Source of the DNA: Dehalococcoidia bacterium
GTDB taxonomy: Bacteria > Chloroflexota > Dehalococcoidia > Bin125
Direction: 5' to 3'
Assembly: GCA_963663895.2 (NCBI GenBank)
Contig: CAXXRD010000005.1
Location: 189,859 to 253,858, forward strand
DNA length: 64,000 nucleotides
Made by a program: the position numbers and the translations under genes. The notes below the pieces were generated by a model. The model was not told the origin of the DNA, searched no databases, and saw only the letters and a list, made by a program, of their open reading frames with translations. Shown piece after piece: positions 27,715-36,572 of the stretch (positions are counted from its first letter, which is position 1; each line of letters begins with the position of its first letter).

Positions 27715-30198
27715 CTACGACGAGGCCTGTTCCTGCTCGTGGCGTTGATGGACTTGCTCGATCACCACGTCAAGCTCCTCCGCCATACGCTCCGCCATCG
27801 AGCGGAGCCGCGCGTTCTGGTACGCGCCCCAGACCGTCATCGCGGGCGGGACGACCAGGATGGCGACGATCAGCGAATAGGCGATCGTGATCGCCGCCGT
27901 GATGCCGAACTGCTGGAACGCCAGCAGCGGCGAGGCCACCAGTACTCCTAACCCGAGCGCCGTCGTGAGCCCGGAGCCCAACAGCGCCGAGCCCGTGGTC
28001 GAAAGCGTCCGGATCGCCGCCTTCTCCGGGTTGCGCAGGCGCGCGAACTCCTCCCGGTAGCGATGAATCACATGGATCGTGTAGTCCACCCCGATCCCGA
28101 TCGAGAGCGCCGTAATGATCGAGGTGACGAGGGTGTAGGGAATACCCAGCAGCGCCATCGTGCCCAGCACCCAGATGAGGACGAATACGATCGGGCCCAC
28201 CGCGATGATGGCCAGCACGGGTTGGCGCAGCGTCAGCCAGAAGAAGATGGCGAGGATGCCGAGGGCCAGCGCAATGGTCGCGCTGATCGACTCTGTCTGT
28301 CGGCTCGTGATCTCGTCCGTGACCGTAACCGCGGTGATACTCGACGAAGTCGCCGTGATCGCATGGTCGTCGCCCAACCAGAGCGCGTCGATCTCCTCCT
28401 GGATCCGCTCCGTTTCCTCGGGATCGTCCGTATAGGCCGGGAACTGGAGCAGCATTGCGTCAATGCCCTCTGGGTCGTTGATCAAAACATGCGCGACGGC
28501 GGGATCCCTCGCCTCCAGCTTGTCGAGGAGCTCCTGCATCAGCGCTGAATCGAGCTCTACTCCCACCGAGGCTTCCCGGAAGAGCGCGGCGAGCTCCGGG
28601 TCGTATTTGTCGCCGGGCTCCCCGCTGTCGTTGGTCCAGTCACGTACGAGCAACTCGTACGATGCCAGAATCGGTCCCGCTGCCGCCCGGGGGCGGCGCC
28701 GTTCGTCCTCAAAGGCGGTCGTGAGATCCTGCAGGTTCAGAAGCGTGCGGGTCTCGGTGGCCTCGGCCTTCACGAGGACGCTGGCCATCTCCGTTGAGCC
28801 GCCGACGGCTGCGTCGAGGGTCTCCATGTCTTCCACCACGCTCCCGTCACTGGGCAGGATGTCGCGGATGCTGAATTCCGATTTGAGCCCCGTGGCCGCG
28901 AACCCGAGCCCGATCGTCGCCGCGACCACGACGACGAAGTAAGGTGCTGGCCTGCGTGCGGCCCCCGCTCCCAGCAACTCCGCCCCCCGTTTGATTCCGG
29001 GCAGGGCGTTCGCGATCGGGCGGGGCGGTTTCAGCGTGCCCCGTGACTCGCGCCGCCGGTCGATGATCGTCCGCGCGGCCGGGAGCAGCGTCAGCATCAC
29101 GATCAGGCTCATCCCCACACCCAGCCCCGCGACGATGCCGAAGTCGCCGATCACGCCGATAGGGGAGAACAGATTCGCCAACAGACTCACGATCGTCGTG
29201 ACAGCGGCGAGCGTGAGCGGGGCGGCGACGTTTCGCAGTCCCCTCCGGACCGCTCCCCGCACCGGCTCGCCGGCAGCGCGCTGCTCGCGGTAGTGCGAGA
29301 CGGCCTGAATCGCATAGTCCACGGTGAGGCTGATCATGATGATCGGCACTACCACTGTGAGCGAACTGGGCGGGCCGATCAGACCCAGCGCATCCGGCCC
29401 AAGCCAGCCCTCCGCCCCGATGATCCAGATCACCGCAATCAGTAGCCCCCCCAGGGTGAGCAGCAGATCGGAGAGCGATCGCATGAAGACCAAGATCAGC
29501 GCTGCGATCAGCAGCAGCGCCACCCCAATCAGCTGCTGCATCCCCTGCTCCGTGGCCTCCTTGTACTCATCTTCAACCACCACGGGCGACACGCTGCTCA
29601 CGCGCAGCAGACCCTCGTCCCCGGCCGCCAGATCGCTGATCTTCCGTTCGGCGTCCTGAATTCTCTCGTCGTCCGTGTCACGCAGGCGGATGGTGGCGAT
29701 GGCGACCGGCGTGCCGTCCGTGTCGGTTCCCGTCATCCCGGCGAGCGCCCCATCGATCTCCGGGGCGCTGCGGGCGGAGTCGATCTCGGCCTGCGTGACC
29801 GACTCGAAGCCGTCCACTCGGAGAAGGTCCTTGATCAGCGACGTCGGTGTGGCAATGGGATCGGCAGGCGCCAGTAGCTCCCTTACGCTTGGGTCGCTAA
29901 CGATCGCATCGACCAGGGTGTCCATCTGAGAGAGTCCGGCGGGCGTGAGCGCCTCCCCGCGGAAGACGAGCGTGACAACACGGACCTCGCCGGAGTCCCC
30001 AAAGCGCGCATCGATCTCCTCAATCGCCTCGGCGACGGCGTTCCCTGGGGGAAGGAACGCCAAGGATGCGCCCTCCACCAGTGGTGCGCGCCGCATCGTG
30101 CCCGCAGCCAGCAGAACGGTAATGATGAGGAGAACAAGGATCGTGATGTACGGGCGGGCCGTGACCAGCCGGCTCAACCTGTCGAGTACCTGATTCAT
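27715..30198 (-). CDS. MMPL/RND family lipid transporter (copy 1)
   Basis: Two repeats of TM + periplasmic loop + TM bundle; LTVDYAIQ and GIGVDYTIH motifs. Confidence 0.9.
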   Translation of the reverse strand: MNQVLDRLSRLVTARPYITILVLLIITVLLAAGTMRRAPLVEGASLAFLPPGNAVAEAIEEIDARFGDSGEVRVVTLVFRGEALTPAGLSQMDTLVDAIVSDPSVRELLAPADPIATPTSLIKDLLRVDGFESVTQAEIDSARSAPEIDGALAGMTGTDTDGTPVAIATIRLRDTDDERIQDAERKISDLAAGDEGLLRVSSVSPVVVEDEYKEATEQGMQQLIGVALLLIAALILVFMRSLSDLLLTLGGLLIAVIWIIGAEGWLGPDALGLIGPPSSLTVVVPIIMISLTVDYAIQAVSHYREQRAAGEPVRGAVRRGLRNVAAPLTLAAVTTIVSLLANLFSPIGVIGDFGIVAGLGVGMSLIVMLTLLPAARTIIDRRRESRGTLKPPRPIANALPGIKRGAELLGAGAARRPAPYFVVVVAATIGLGFAATGLKSEFSIRDILPSDGSVVEDMETLDAAVGGSTEMASVLVKAEATETRTLLNLQDLTTAFEDERRRPRAAAGPILASYELLVRDWTNDSGEPGDKYDPELAALFREASVGVELDSALMQELLDKLEARDPAVAHVLINDPEGIDAMLLQFPAYTDDPEETERIQEEIDALWLGDDHAITATSSSITAVTVTDEITSRQTESISATIALALGILAIFFWLTLRQPVLAIIAVGPIVFVLIWVLGTMALLGIPYTLVTSIITALSIGIGVDYTIHVIHRYREEFARLRNPEKAAIRTLSTTGSALLGSGLTTALGLGVLVASPLLAFQQFGITAAITIAYSLIVAILVVPPAMTVWGAYQNARLRSMAERMAEELDVVIEQVHQRHEQEQASS

Positions 30199-30424
30199 GG
30201 CGCGCATTCTAACCGAGGAGGGCACCGGAGGCGGTACCGGCCGGCGCGAGCGGCTTCGCCGGTAGGTCGAACTGCTACTGTGACTTTCCCCGTCCGCGCC
30301 GGTGTCCAGCGGCCGGGCATGTCCCTCGCCGCTGCCGCCTGGAGGTTGTCGAGGCGCCCCGCATCTCCAGCAGCCCAGCCGTCTGGGAGCTGGCCCTCCG
30401 AGGGGCGTGACCTAGTGGCTCACG

Positions 30425-30469
30425 GCCAGCCCGACCGGTCGGTCGTAGTACAGTTTCGGTCGGTGTACC
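30425..30469 (+). repeat. Dispersed att-like repeat, copy B
   Basis: GCCAGCCCGACCGGTCGGTCGTAGTACAGTTTCGGTCGGTGTACC; shares CGTAGTACAGT...GGTGTACC with copy A. Confidence 0.55.
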
Positions 30470-30633
30470 GACGCTCGCCGATGAGAATAGCGAAGGGCAT
30501 GGGAGGGGTTAAGTCGCGCAGCCGGACGGGATGCGGCGGAGCCTCGTCTTCCGCTCTACCCTTCCTGCCTCAACGCTCTCGAAGCGGGGGCGAGGTTCCA
30601 TCGATCGCTGACCCGCTTTACCCTCGGCCGCCT

Positions 30634-31359
30634 GTGAAGCTCACGATCATCGTCCCCGCTTTCAACGAAGAGAGCTACCTCGCCGCGACTCTGGATTCGA
30701 TCCAGGCCACCGCGGCGCAGTTACGCGCTCGCTCCGATGTCGACATCGAGACGATCGTCGTCGACAACAACAGCGCCGATGAGACCGCCGCCATTGCCCG
30801 GAGCAAGGGCGCGACGGTCGTGCACGAGCTGGTGCAGGGCATTGCGCGGGCTCGCAACGCCGGGGCGCGCCATGCCCAAGGGGACGTGCTCGTCTTCGTC
30901 GACGCGGACGTGATCGTGCCCTGCGCGCTCCTCGCCGCGATCCACGCGACCATGAGCGACCCGGCTTGCATCGGCGGTGGCGTGGACGTGGATTACCGGC
31001 CCCGACGCCTCTCCATCAGGCTCTACCTGTGCGCTTGGCGGCTCCTCGGCCGTCTCCTGGGGATGGGCCAAGGTGCCACGCAGTTCTGCCGGAAGTGCGT
31101 CTTTGAACGGGTCGGCGGCTACGACGAACGGGTCTGGATCGGCGAGGATGTCGACTTCTATTGGAGCCTCAAGCGTCTCGCAAGGGAAACAGGCCACTCG
31201 GTCCGGTTCATACGGAATCCGCGCGTGCGGCCATCCTGCCGCCGCTTCGACCAGTGGCCGCTGTGGAAGGTTCTGATCTGGACCAACCCGCTCTTCATCG
31301 TGGTGTTCCGCCGCCGCAAGGCCTTCTGGCAGGGCTGGTACTCGCATGCGGTACGGTAG
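30634..31359 (+). CDS. Family 2 glycosyltransferase
   Basis: IIVPAFNEE, VVDNNSADET, ARARNAGA, FVDAD, VGGYDE...GEDVD. Confidence 0.92.
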   Translation: MKLTIIVPAFNEESYLAATLDSIQATAAQLRARSDVDIETIVVDNNSADETAAIARSKGATVVHELVQGIARARNAGARHAQGDVLVFVDADVIVPCALLAAIHATMSDPACIGGGVDVDYRPRRLSIRLYLCAWRLLGRLLGMGQGATQFCRKCVFERVGGYDERVWIGEDVDFYWSLKRLARETGHSVRFIRNPRVRPSCRRFDQWPLWKVLIWTNPLFIVVFRRRKAFWQGWYSHAVR

Positions 31360-31444
31360 AGCGCGAGGAACCCGAGCAGAAAAAGACGGTCGCTACGCCA
31401 CGAATGCTACGTGCAGGGGCGGGCCGTGCCGTGATGGCGCAGCT

Positions 31445-31480
31445 GCCAGCGCGAACGTTCGTAGTACAGTTTCCCTACCA
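31445..31480 (+). repeat. Dispersed att-like repeat, copy C
   Basis: GCCAGCGCGAACGTTCGTAGTACAGTTTCCCTACCA. Confidence 0.55.
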
Positions 31481-31543
31481 TCCTTGTTAGAGGAGGGGTG
31501 CCGGTCGAACGTCTCCCGGCGGGTGGAGTGAAAGGGTCGTCCA

Positions 31544-32395
31544 GTGACGAGGAAGCGTCGGCTGAGCCCGCGCCAGCACGCCCAGCGTGTCCGGCAGCGC
31601 CAGGCCGGAACACGCGGCTTCGACCGCGGCGGCGGTCGCCGCTCCATCTTTCGCTCGAAATACGCCAAGGTGTTCTATGTCGTCGGCATCGTCGGCATCG
31701 TCGGCAGCCTGGTGCCCCTGCTGCTGGTCGGCGGAGGGCAGCCGTCCGGACCGGCGGCGAGCCGCGGCGAGGGACCCGCGCCGATTTCGCCGCTCGATGA
31801 AGATTCCGACGCCGCAAGTCTCGACGAAGCATTGGAGGATGCTGCAGTGAAGCCTCGATTCGACGCCCCGCCCGCGCTCGCGCTCGATCCTGATACCGAA
31901 TACTCCGCCATCATGACGCTCGAGGGGGGTGGGGTAATCGAGTTCGAGTTGTTCGCGGATGTCGCACCGATCCACGCGAACAACTTCATCTTCTTGGCCG
32001 AGCAGGGATTCTACGACGGCCTCACCTTTCACCGGGTCCTGGCGGACTTCGTGGCGCAGGGCGGCGATCCCACCGCGACGGGGACGGGGAGCGCCGGCTA
32101 CACGCTTCCCGACGAGGTGGTGGGAGGCAATGCGGCGGCGCTGAGCCTCGGCGGGACCGGGGTCATCTCGATGGCTCGTGGCCCGCGGGGCGCCTCGTCC
32201 TCGCAGTTTTTCATCACCCTGACGCCGCAGAGCAGGCTGGACGCCCAGGGCTTTACGGCCTTCGGCCGCGTCGTCGCCGGCTTCGACGCCGTGCAGGGGA
32301 TCCGGCTGCGGGATCCCGAAGCGTTCCCGACTCCTCCCGCCGGTACCCGCATCGTCGGCGTCACGATCGAGCGCGACGGAGCCGGCCGGGAGTGA
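31544..32395 (+). CDS. Membrane-anchored cyclophilin-type peptidyl-prolyl isomerase
   Basis: N-terminal TM; NNFIFLA..GFYDGLTFHRV, QGGDP, SMA, SQFFI, AFGRV. Confidence 0.92.
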   Translation: MTRKRRLSPRQHAQRVRQRQAGTRGFDRGGGRRSIFRSKYAKVFYVVGIVGIVGSLVPLLLVGGGQPSGPAASRGEGPAPISPLDEDSDAASLDEALEDAAVKPRFDAPPALALDPDTEYSAIMTLEGGGVIEFELFADVAPIHANNFIFLAEQGFYDGLTFHRVLADFVAQGGDPTATGTGSAGYTLPDEVVGGNAAALSLGGTGVISMARGPRGASSSQFFITLTPQSRLDAQGFTAFGRVVAGFDAVQGIRLRDPEAFPTPPAGTRIVGVTIERDGAGRE

Positions 32396-32463
32396 GTCGG
32401 CGGGTTCGAGGCGGGAAAAGCCGCCGCCGGCTTGGCTGCTGAGCGGGAGGGAATTGCGGGCGG

Positions 32464-32733
32464 CTATTCCGGTAGTTGGGGAATCAGCCGCTCGACGATA
32501 TACATCATCCCAAAGAACGGGATCGAAGCGGCGGCGGAGACGCCCGCCCAGAGCCATTCCGCTGCGACCAGCAGCAGGATCACCGCACCCAGCGAGAGGC
32601 CCATCCCCAGGATGGCGATCACCCGCAACACGACGGCCGTCACCGGAATCGGGGGCTGTTGGATCGTCACAACGGTGCGAGCGTACCACTCGGCCTCACC
32701 GTAATGGCGGGTAGGGAGCGGGTGCCGCGTCAC
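32464..32733 (-). CDS. Small two-TM hypothetical membrane protein
   Basis: Two hydrophobic helices; true start probably near 32670. Confidence 0.5.
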   Translation of the reverse strand: MTRHPLPTRHYGEAEWYARTVVTIQQPPIPVTAVVLRVIAILGMGLSLGAVILLLVAAEWLWAGVSAAASIPFFGMMYIVERLIPQLPE

Positions 32734-32949
32734 GGCCGGGCCTGCGGCCGTCCCGTACGGACACGAATCGAGCCACGTTTCGTCCGTTTTCGTGCGTTGG
32801 CGACGCTTATGTTCCTATCTGGCGTGCCGGGTACGTGCGCGGAAATCCCGAGAAATGATCCCCAAGAGCGCGACGGCCGTTAGCCTCCTGTCGGGCATCC
32901 GACGATTCCCAATCTCGTTCTCACCGGACGCTTCCTGGCGAAGCCGCGG

Positions 32950-35427
32950 TCACTCACCAGCCGGTTGTGCGACCGCCACTTCGATTGCGCTGCTGCGGAG
33001 CCAGACTCCGACCGGCAATTCCGCCGGCAGGAACAGGAGATCGGGCGTGATGGCGCGGCCGGTCGTGTCGCGGAAGCCCAACTCGATGCGGCCGTCGGCG
33101 AGGCGCCGGGTGCGGACCTTGCCGAGCGTCTCCTCGGAGAACACGATGTCGCTGGTCACGTGCCACAGAGCGATCGGGGCATCGGCCAGCAGGAGGCGCG
33201 CGCGCGGCAGGATCTGCTGGCCGTTGGCCAACTCCACCCCGTGCTCGACACTCCCATCCTCGGTCAGCCGCGCGATGATGCGCAGCTGATGGGGTTCGGC
33301 CGGCGGGTCCAGCACTACCTCCGGCGGTTGATCCGGCGCGTGTAGCGAACCGACCTCCGGGTCGGAGGAGATCCCAAGACGGTCCAGGAAGCGCGAGTTC
33401 TCGCCGTCCCCGGAGGAAGCCGCGCAGAGCGCTGCGTCGCTCCCGAACCCGAAGAGGGGCAAGGCGGCGCGAAGCTCCGCGTCTTGCGCGTGCGGGTAGG
33501 GTTCGGCGCCGCAAGAGGCCTGTGCGGCCAGCTCATTGATCATCGCCCGGACGGCCGGGTCCTGCCAGCCCGCTTCCGCCTCCCGCGCGGCCCGGACGGT
33601 GTCGCCCGCGGCCGCCAGCGGCGCGAGGATGCGCTCCGCGTAGGCCAGCTCGCTGTGGAGCGCGACCGCCTCCGCGAACGAGATCGCCCCGCCGCCTGCG
33701 ATCCGCTCCGCAAGCGCGCTCCAGGAGGCCGACAGCGCTGCGTAATGCCGGGCTCCCCTGTCGGCCATCCGCAGCACGAGCTCCTCCACCGCGAGCGGAT
33801 TGATCGCCTCGCTCGCAGCCAGCGTCTCCTCAAGGCCGGATCGCTCGATGGCGTCTGCGTACTGCTCCGCGAACGCTTGGAACAGCGTGTCCGATGATGC
33901 GTTCGCGATGCTGATTGCCAGTGGCTCTTCGCTCGCCGTCAGGCCCGCGAGCCCGGGCCGCTCGAAGATCCCGTCCAAGAGGAGCGCATGCACGGCCGCG
34001 GCGTAGATCGCCTTGGCCCGCACTGTCTCAGCGACCTCCCCCTCGGGCTCCATGATGGCGGTGACCGTGGTGGTCACGAGCCCTTCGGCGTCGGCCGTGG
34101 CCGCGACCGCGTATTCCGAGCCGTCGATCGTGACCGTGACCGGGCCGAAGGTGGTGGGGCCGCTCACCACCCGCAGGTTCTGCCAAAGGCCGTGCCAGGC
34201 GATCTCCTCGTCGTCTGCGTCGAAAGCGAGGACGGCGACGAACACCCATGAGGGGCCTGGCCGGGAGAGAGTCATCGTGATCGGCTGCACCTCGGCCAGC
34301 GTCGTGCTGGTGGCATTGGCCAGCTCTGGGCTGGAGTGGTAGGCCACTCCGGCTTGCCAGCGGTCCTCGGACACTGAAATCGTGTTGAGCCGTTCGAACT
34401 CGCGCGGGGCGACCGCGTAGAGGATGACGCTCGTCCCCTCGGGGAGTGCCCCGCCGCCCAGGTTGCCGATCCGATAGTTGGCGGCGAAGGGCTCGCCTGC
34501 AATCACCTCGTCGGGGACAGCCGTTTCCTCGATCTTGAGGAGGAAGGTACGCTGCGCCGCTGCTTCGTCGACCAAGTGGATTCGCAGCGTGAAGTCGGCC
34601 ACCAGGGGCTGGAGGTCCCGTTCCAGATAGGTCGTGGCCTCGATCAGGTAGGGACCGGCGGGGAGGTATTGCTCGATGCGGGCGTTGCGACCCCCGCCCC
34701 CGTCGTCGTTGGCGCCGATCACGCCCGCCGTCGGCGACACCAGAGAGAGCACGGGATCCCCGTGCTCCGAGATCAGGTCGATGAGCACGCGGCCGTCCTG
34801 CGGCAGGGTGAAGGCATAGGCGTAGGCGGGGTGATCCACCACGAAGCGGGAGCCGCAGGTATCCAGCGTCCAGGTCCCCGCTGCCGTCAGGTCGACGCCC
34901 GCTTCCAGGGATCCCAGCGGGATCGCCTCACAGCCGGACACGTGACCGATGGCAAGCGCAAAGTCCGCCGGGCCGCGTCCCCGTCCTCCCACCGTGGTCG
35001 CTTCGACCAGGTAGACGCCTGGCTCCAAGTCGCGCTCTACACGGGCGTCGAGCCCGCCGGCACCATCATCATTGTCGGCGATGCGGCTGCCGTCTGCGGC
35101 CAGCAGGTAGAGGTAAGAGTCGACCTCCTCAGACATCAGGTCGATGCGGATGCGGCCCCCTTCGCTGAGCTCGAAGCGATAGGTATGGGCATCGTTCCCG
35201 GGGCGGAAGCGCGAGTCGCAGTCCTCCGTCGTCCAGCGTCCGGCCGCCGTCAGCTGGCTCTCAGGGTCCGCGTCGAGGGTGCCGAGATCACGGACCTCGC
35301 AGTCCGGATGGTCGGCCAGGACGGGACGGGCACTTGCCAGCACCCCAATCCCGGCAAGGAGGGCAATGGCGGCGAGTGCGATTCCCAGTGTGCGCAGGGC
35401 AGGCTTATCAGGCACGACATTCTCCAA
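32950..35427 (-). CDS. Secreted protein with two PPC (pre-peptidase C-terminal)-like repeats
   Basis: Signal peptide; tandem repeats Y.F.L...RI.IDL.S...D.YL.L....IA.NDDG.GG.NAR.E..L..G.Y.IEATT. Confidence 0.8.
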   Translation of the reverse strand: MENVVPDKPALRTLGIALAAIALLAGIGVLASARPVLADHPDCEVRDLGTLDADPESQLTAAGRWTTEDCDSRFRPGNDAHTYRFELSEGGRIRIDLMSEEVDSYLYLLAADGSRIADNDDGAGGLDARVERDLEPGVYLVEATTVGGRGRGPADFALAIGHVSGCEAIPLGSLEAGVDLTAAGTWTLDTCGSRFVVDHPAYAYAFTLPQDGRVLIDLISEHGDPVLSLVSPTAGVIGANDDGGGGRNARIEQYLPAGPYLIEATTYLERDLQPLVADFTLRIHLVDEAAAQRTFLLKIEETAVPDEVIAGEPFAANYRIGNLGGGALPEGTSVILYAVAPREFERLNTISVSEDRWQAGVAYHSSPELANATSTTLAEVQPITMTLSRPGPSWVFVAVLAFDADDEEIAWHGLWQNLRVVSGPTTFGPVTVTIDGSEYAVAATADAEGLVTTTVTAIMEPEGEVAETVRAKAIYAAAVHALLLDGIFERPGLAGLTASEEPLAISIANASSDTLFQAFAEQYADAIERSGLEETLAASEAINPLAVEELVLRMADRGARHYAALSASWSALAERIAGGGAISFAEAVALHSELAYAERILAPLAAAGDTVRAAREAEAGWQDPAVRAMINELAAQASCGAEPYPHAQDAELRAALPLFGFGSDAALCAASSGDGENSRFLDRLGISSDPEVGSLHAPDQPPEVVLDPPAEPHQLRIIARLTEDGSVEHGVELANGQQILPRARLLLADAPIALWHVTSDIVFSEETLGKVRTRRLADGRIELGFRDTTGRAITPDLLFLPAELPVGVWLRSSAIEVAVAQPAGE

Positions 35428-35720
35428 CGCTTAGGCCGCCGTATCAGGCGCGCCGCAGTACGCTCTCCGAGTATCCCGAGGTGGTTCTCTTTCCTGGTAG
35501 GGCTTCTGTGATGAGGTGCGTCAAGGTGCGGCCTTGCCGCTCCTGAGCCCGCGGTACGTGCTCGCAGCCACAGCACACCGGCCGGCCAGCCCCGCGAGGC
35601 TCGCGAGCGTCAAGGCCGCAAGTACCTGCGCCGGCCGCGAGAACCCCGCCCCTCGCCAGTGATGCACCTCCAGAACAGGGCTAAGGCCACGCATCATGAT
35701 CAGGATAGGCGAGGCCTTTT

Positions 35721-35739
35721 GATAACGATAAGCGATATC
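35721..35739. promoter_or_regulatory. Fur/Zur-family-like operator
   Basis: GATAACGATAAGCGATATC, 15/19 to the Fur consensus GATAATGATAATCATTATC, in an AT-rich patch. Confidence 0.45.
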
Positions 35740-36572
35740 ATCTTTGGATAATAGTCGGCTTGGGAGTGGGGCCCCTCACCCTTGGCGTTTCCACAGCTAG
35801 ACGCTATCAGTGAGGACTGGGATCGCTCCCTATGTTCCCTCGCCCGGACCGTGGTGAACGGGCCGCGAGCTATGACGATATCATGCTCCCGGGACTCCAC
35901 CGGCGGCTCCTTCCCGTCCCGCTTTCGTGTTCGATCGCCACGCGAAGACCGTGGCGCGTCGCGGGGGACAGACGGGCGATGGGGCCGCCCGCCACCCGCA
36001 GCGCGCTGGCGTCGGATGTTTTCTCGACAGCGGTGGTGGCAAAGCATCCGGCGACAGCACGGGTCGTGCGAACGCTGTGAGGTGACCGCGCGGATAGATT
36101 CAAGCCGCCAGCCCCCTCCCCGCGGCGCATGGTCCGTCGCCTCCATGCCGGTGCTCGGAGTGGAGGGGCTGGTCGAGCGGCTCCGCGTGATGGGAACGGC
36201 GTGATCGCGGCACAGGCGTCGAATGAGGGCGCGCGGCAGTTCGGTCTAGGTTCGATGCGACCGTCTGCCCTGCCCGGAGCCTCTCTTCCAGTCGCTCGGT
36301 CTAGGTGGCTGGATCGTTATCAATCACCCGATGTCAGGGACAAAGAGATGCGCGCCGCAGACGCGATTGCTGTCCACATCGACTCGGCGGCGGAAAGCTG
36401 TCGGCCGAGCTTCTCGGTCATCCTTCGCCAAGTCGAGAGCAGGCACACCGTCAATGTGTGGAAGGCAATCGTCATGGCCTGCCTACGAAGGGTCTGCCAG
36501 GAGGCGATCGGCGCCGAGACCGATATGTACAGTGGTGGCTCCTATCCAAGCGAAATGGCTCAGTCGACCAAC

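Noticed and set aside
20907-31480. CRISPR array or integron attC array
   Set aside because: Copies are kilobases apart, with no regular spacers, cas genes, intI or RYYYAAC/GTTRRRY ends
36300-36560. Possible decayed disulfide-reductase C-terminus on the minus strand (VDVDSNRVCGAHLFVPDIG*)
   Set aside because: The resemblance is too short and interrupted to support without a search
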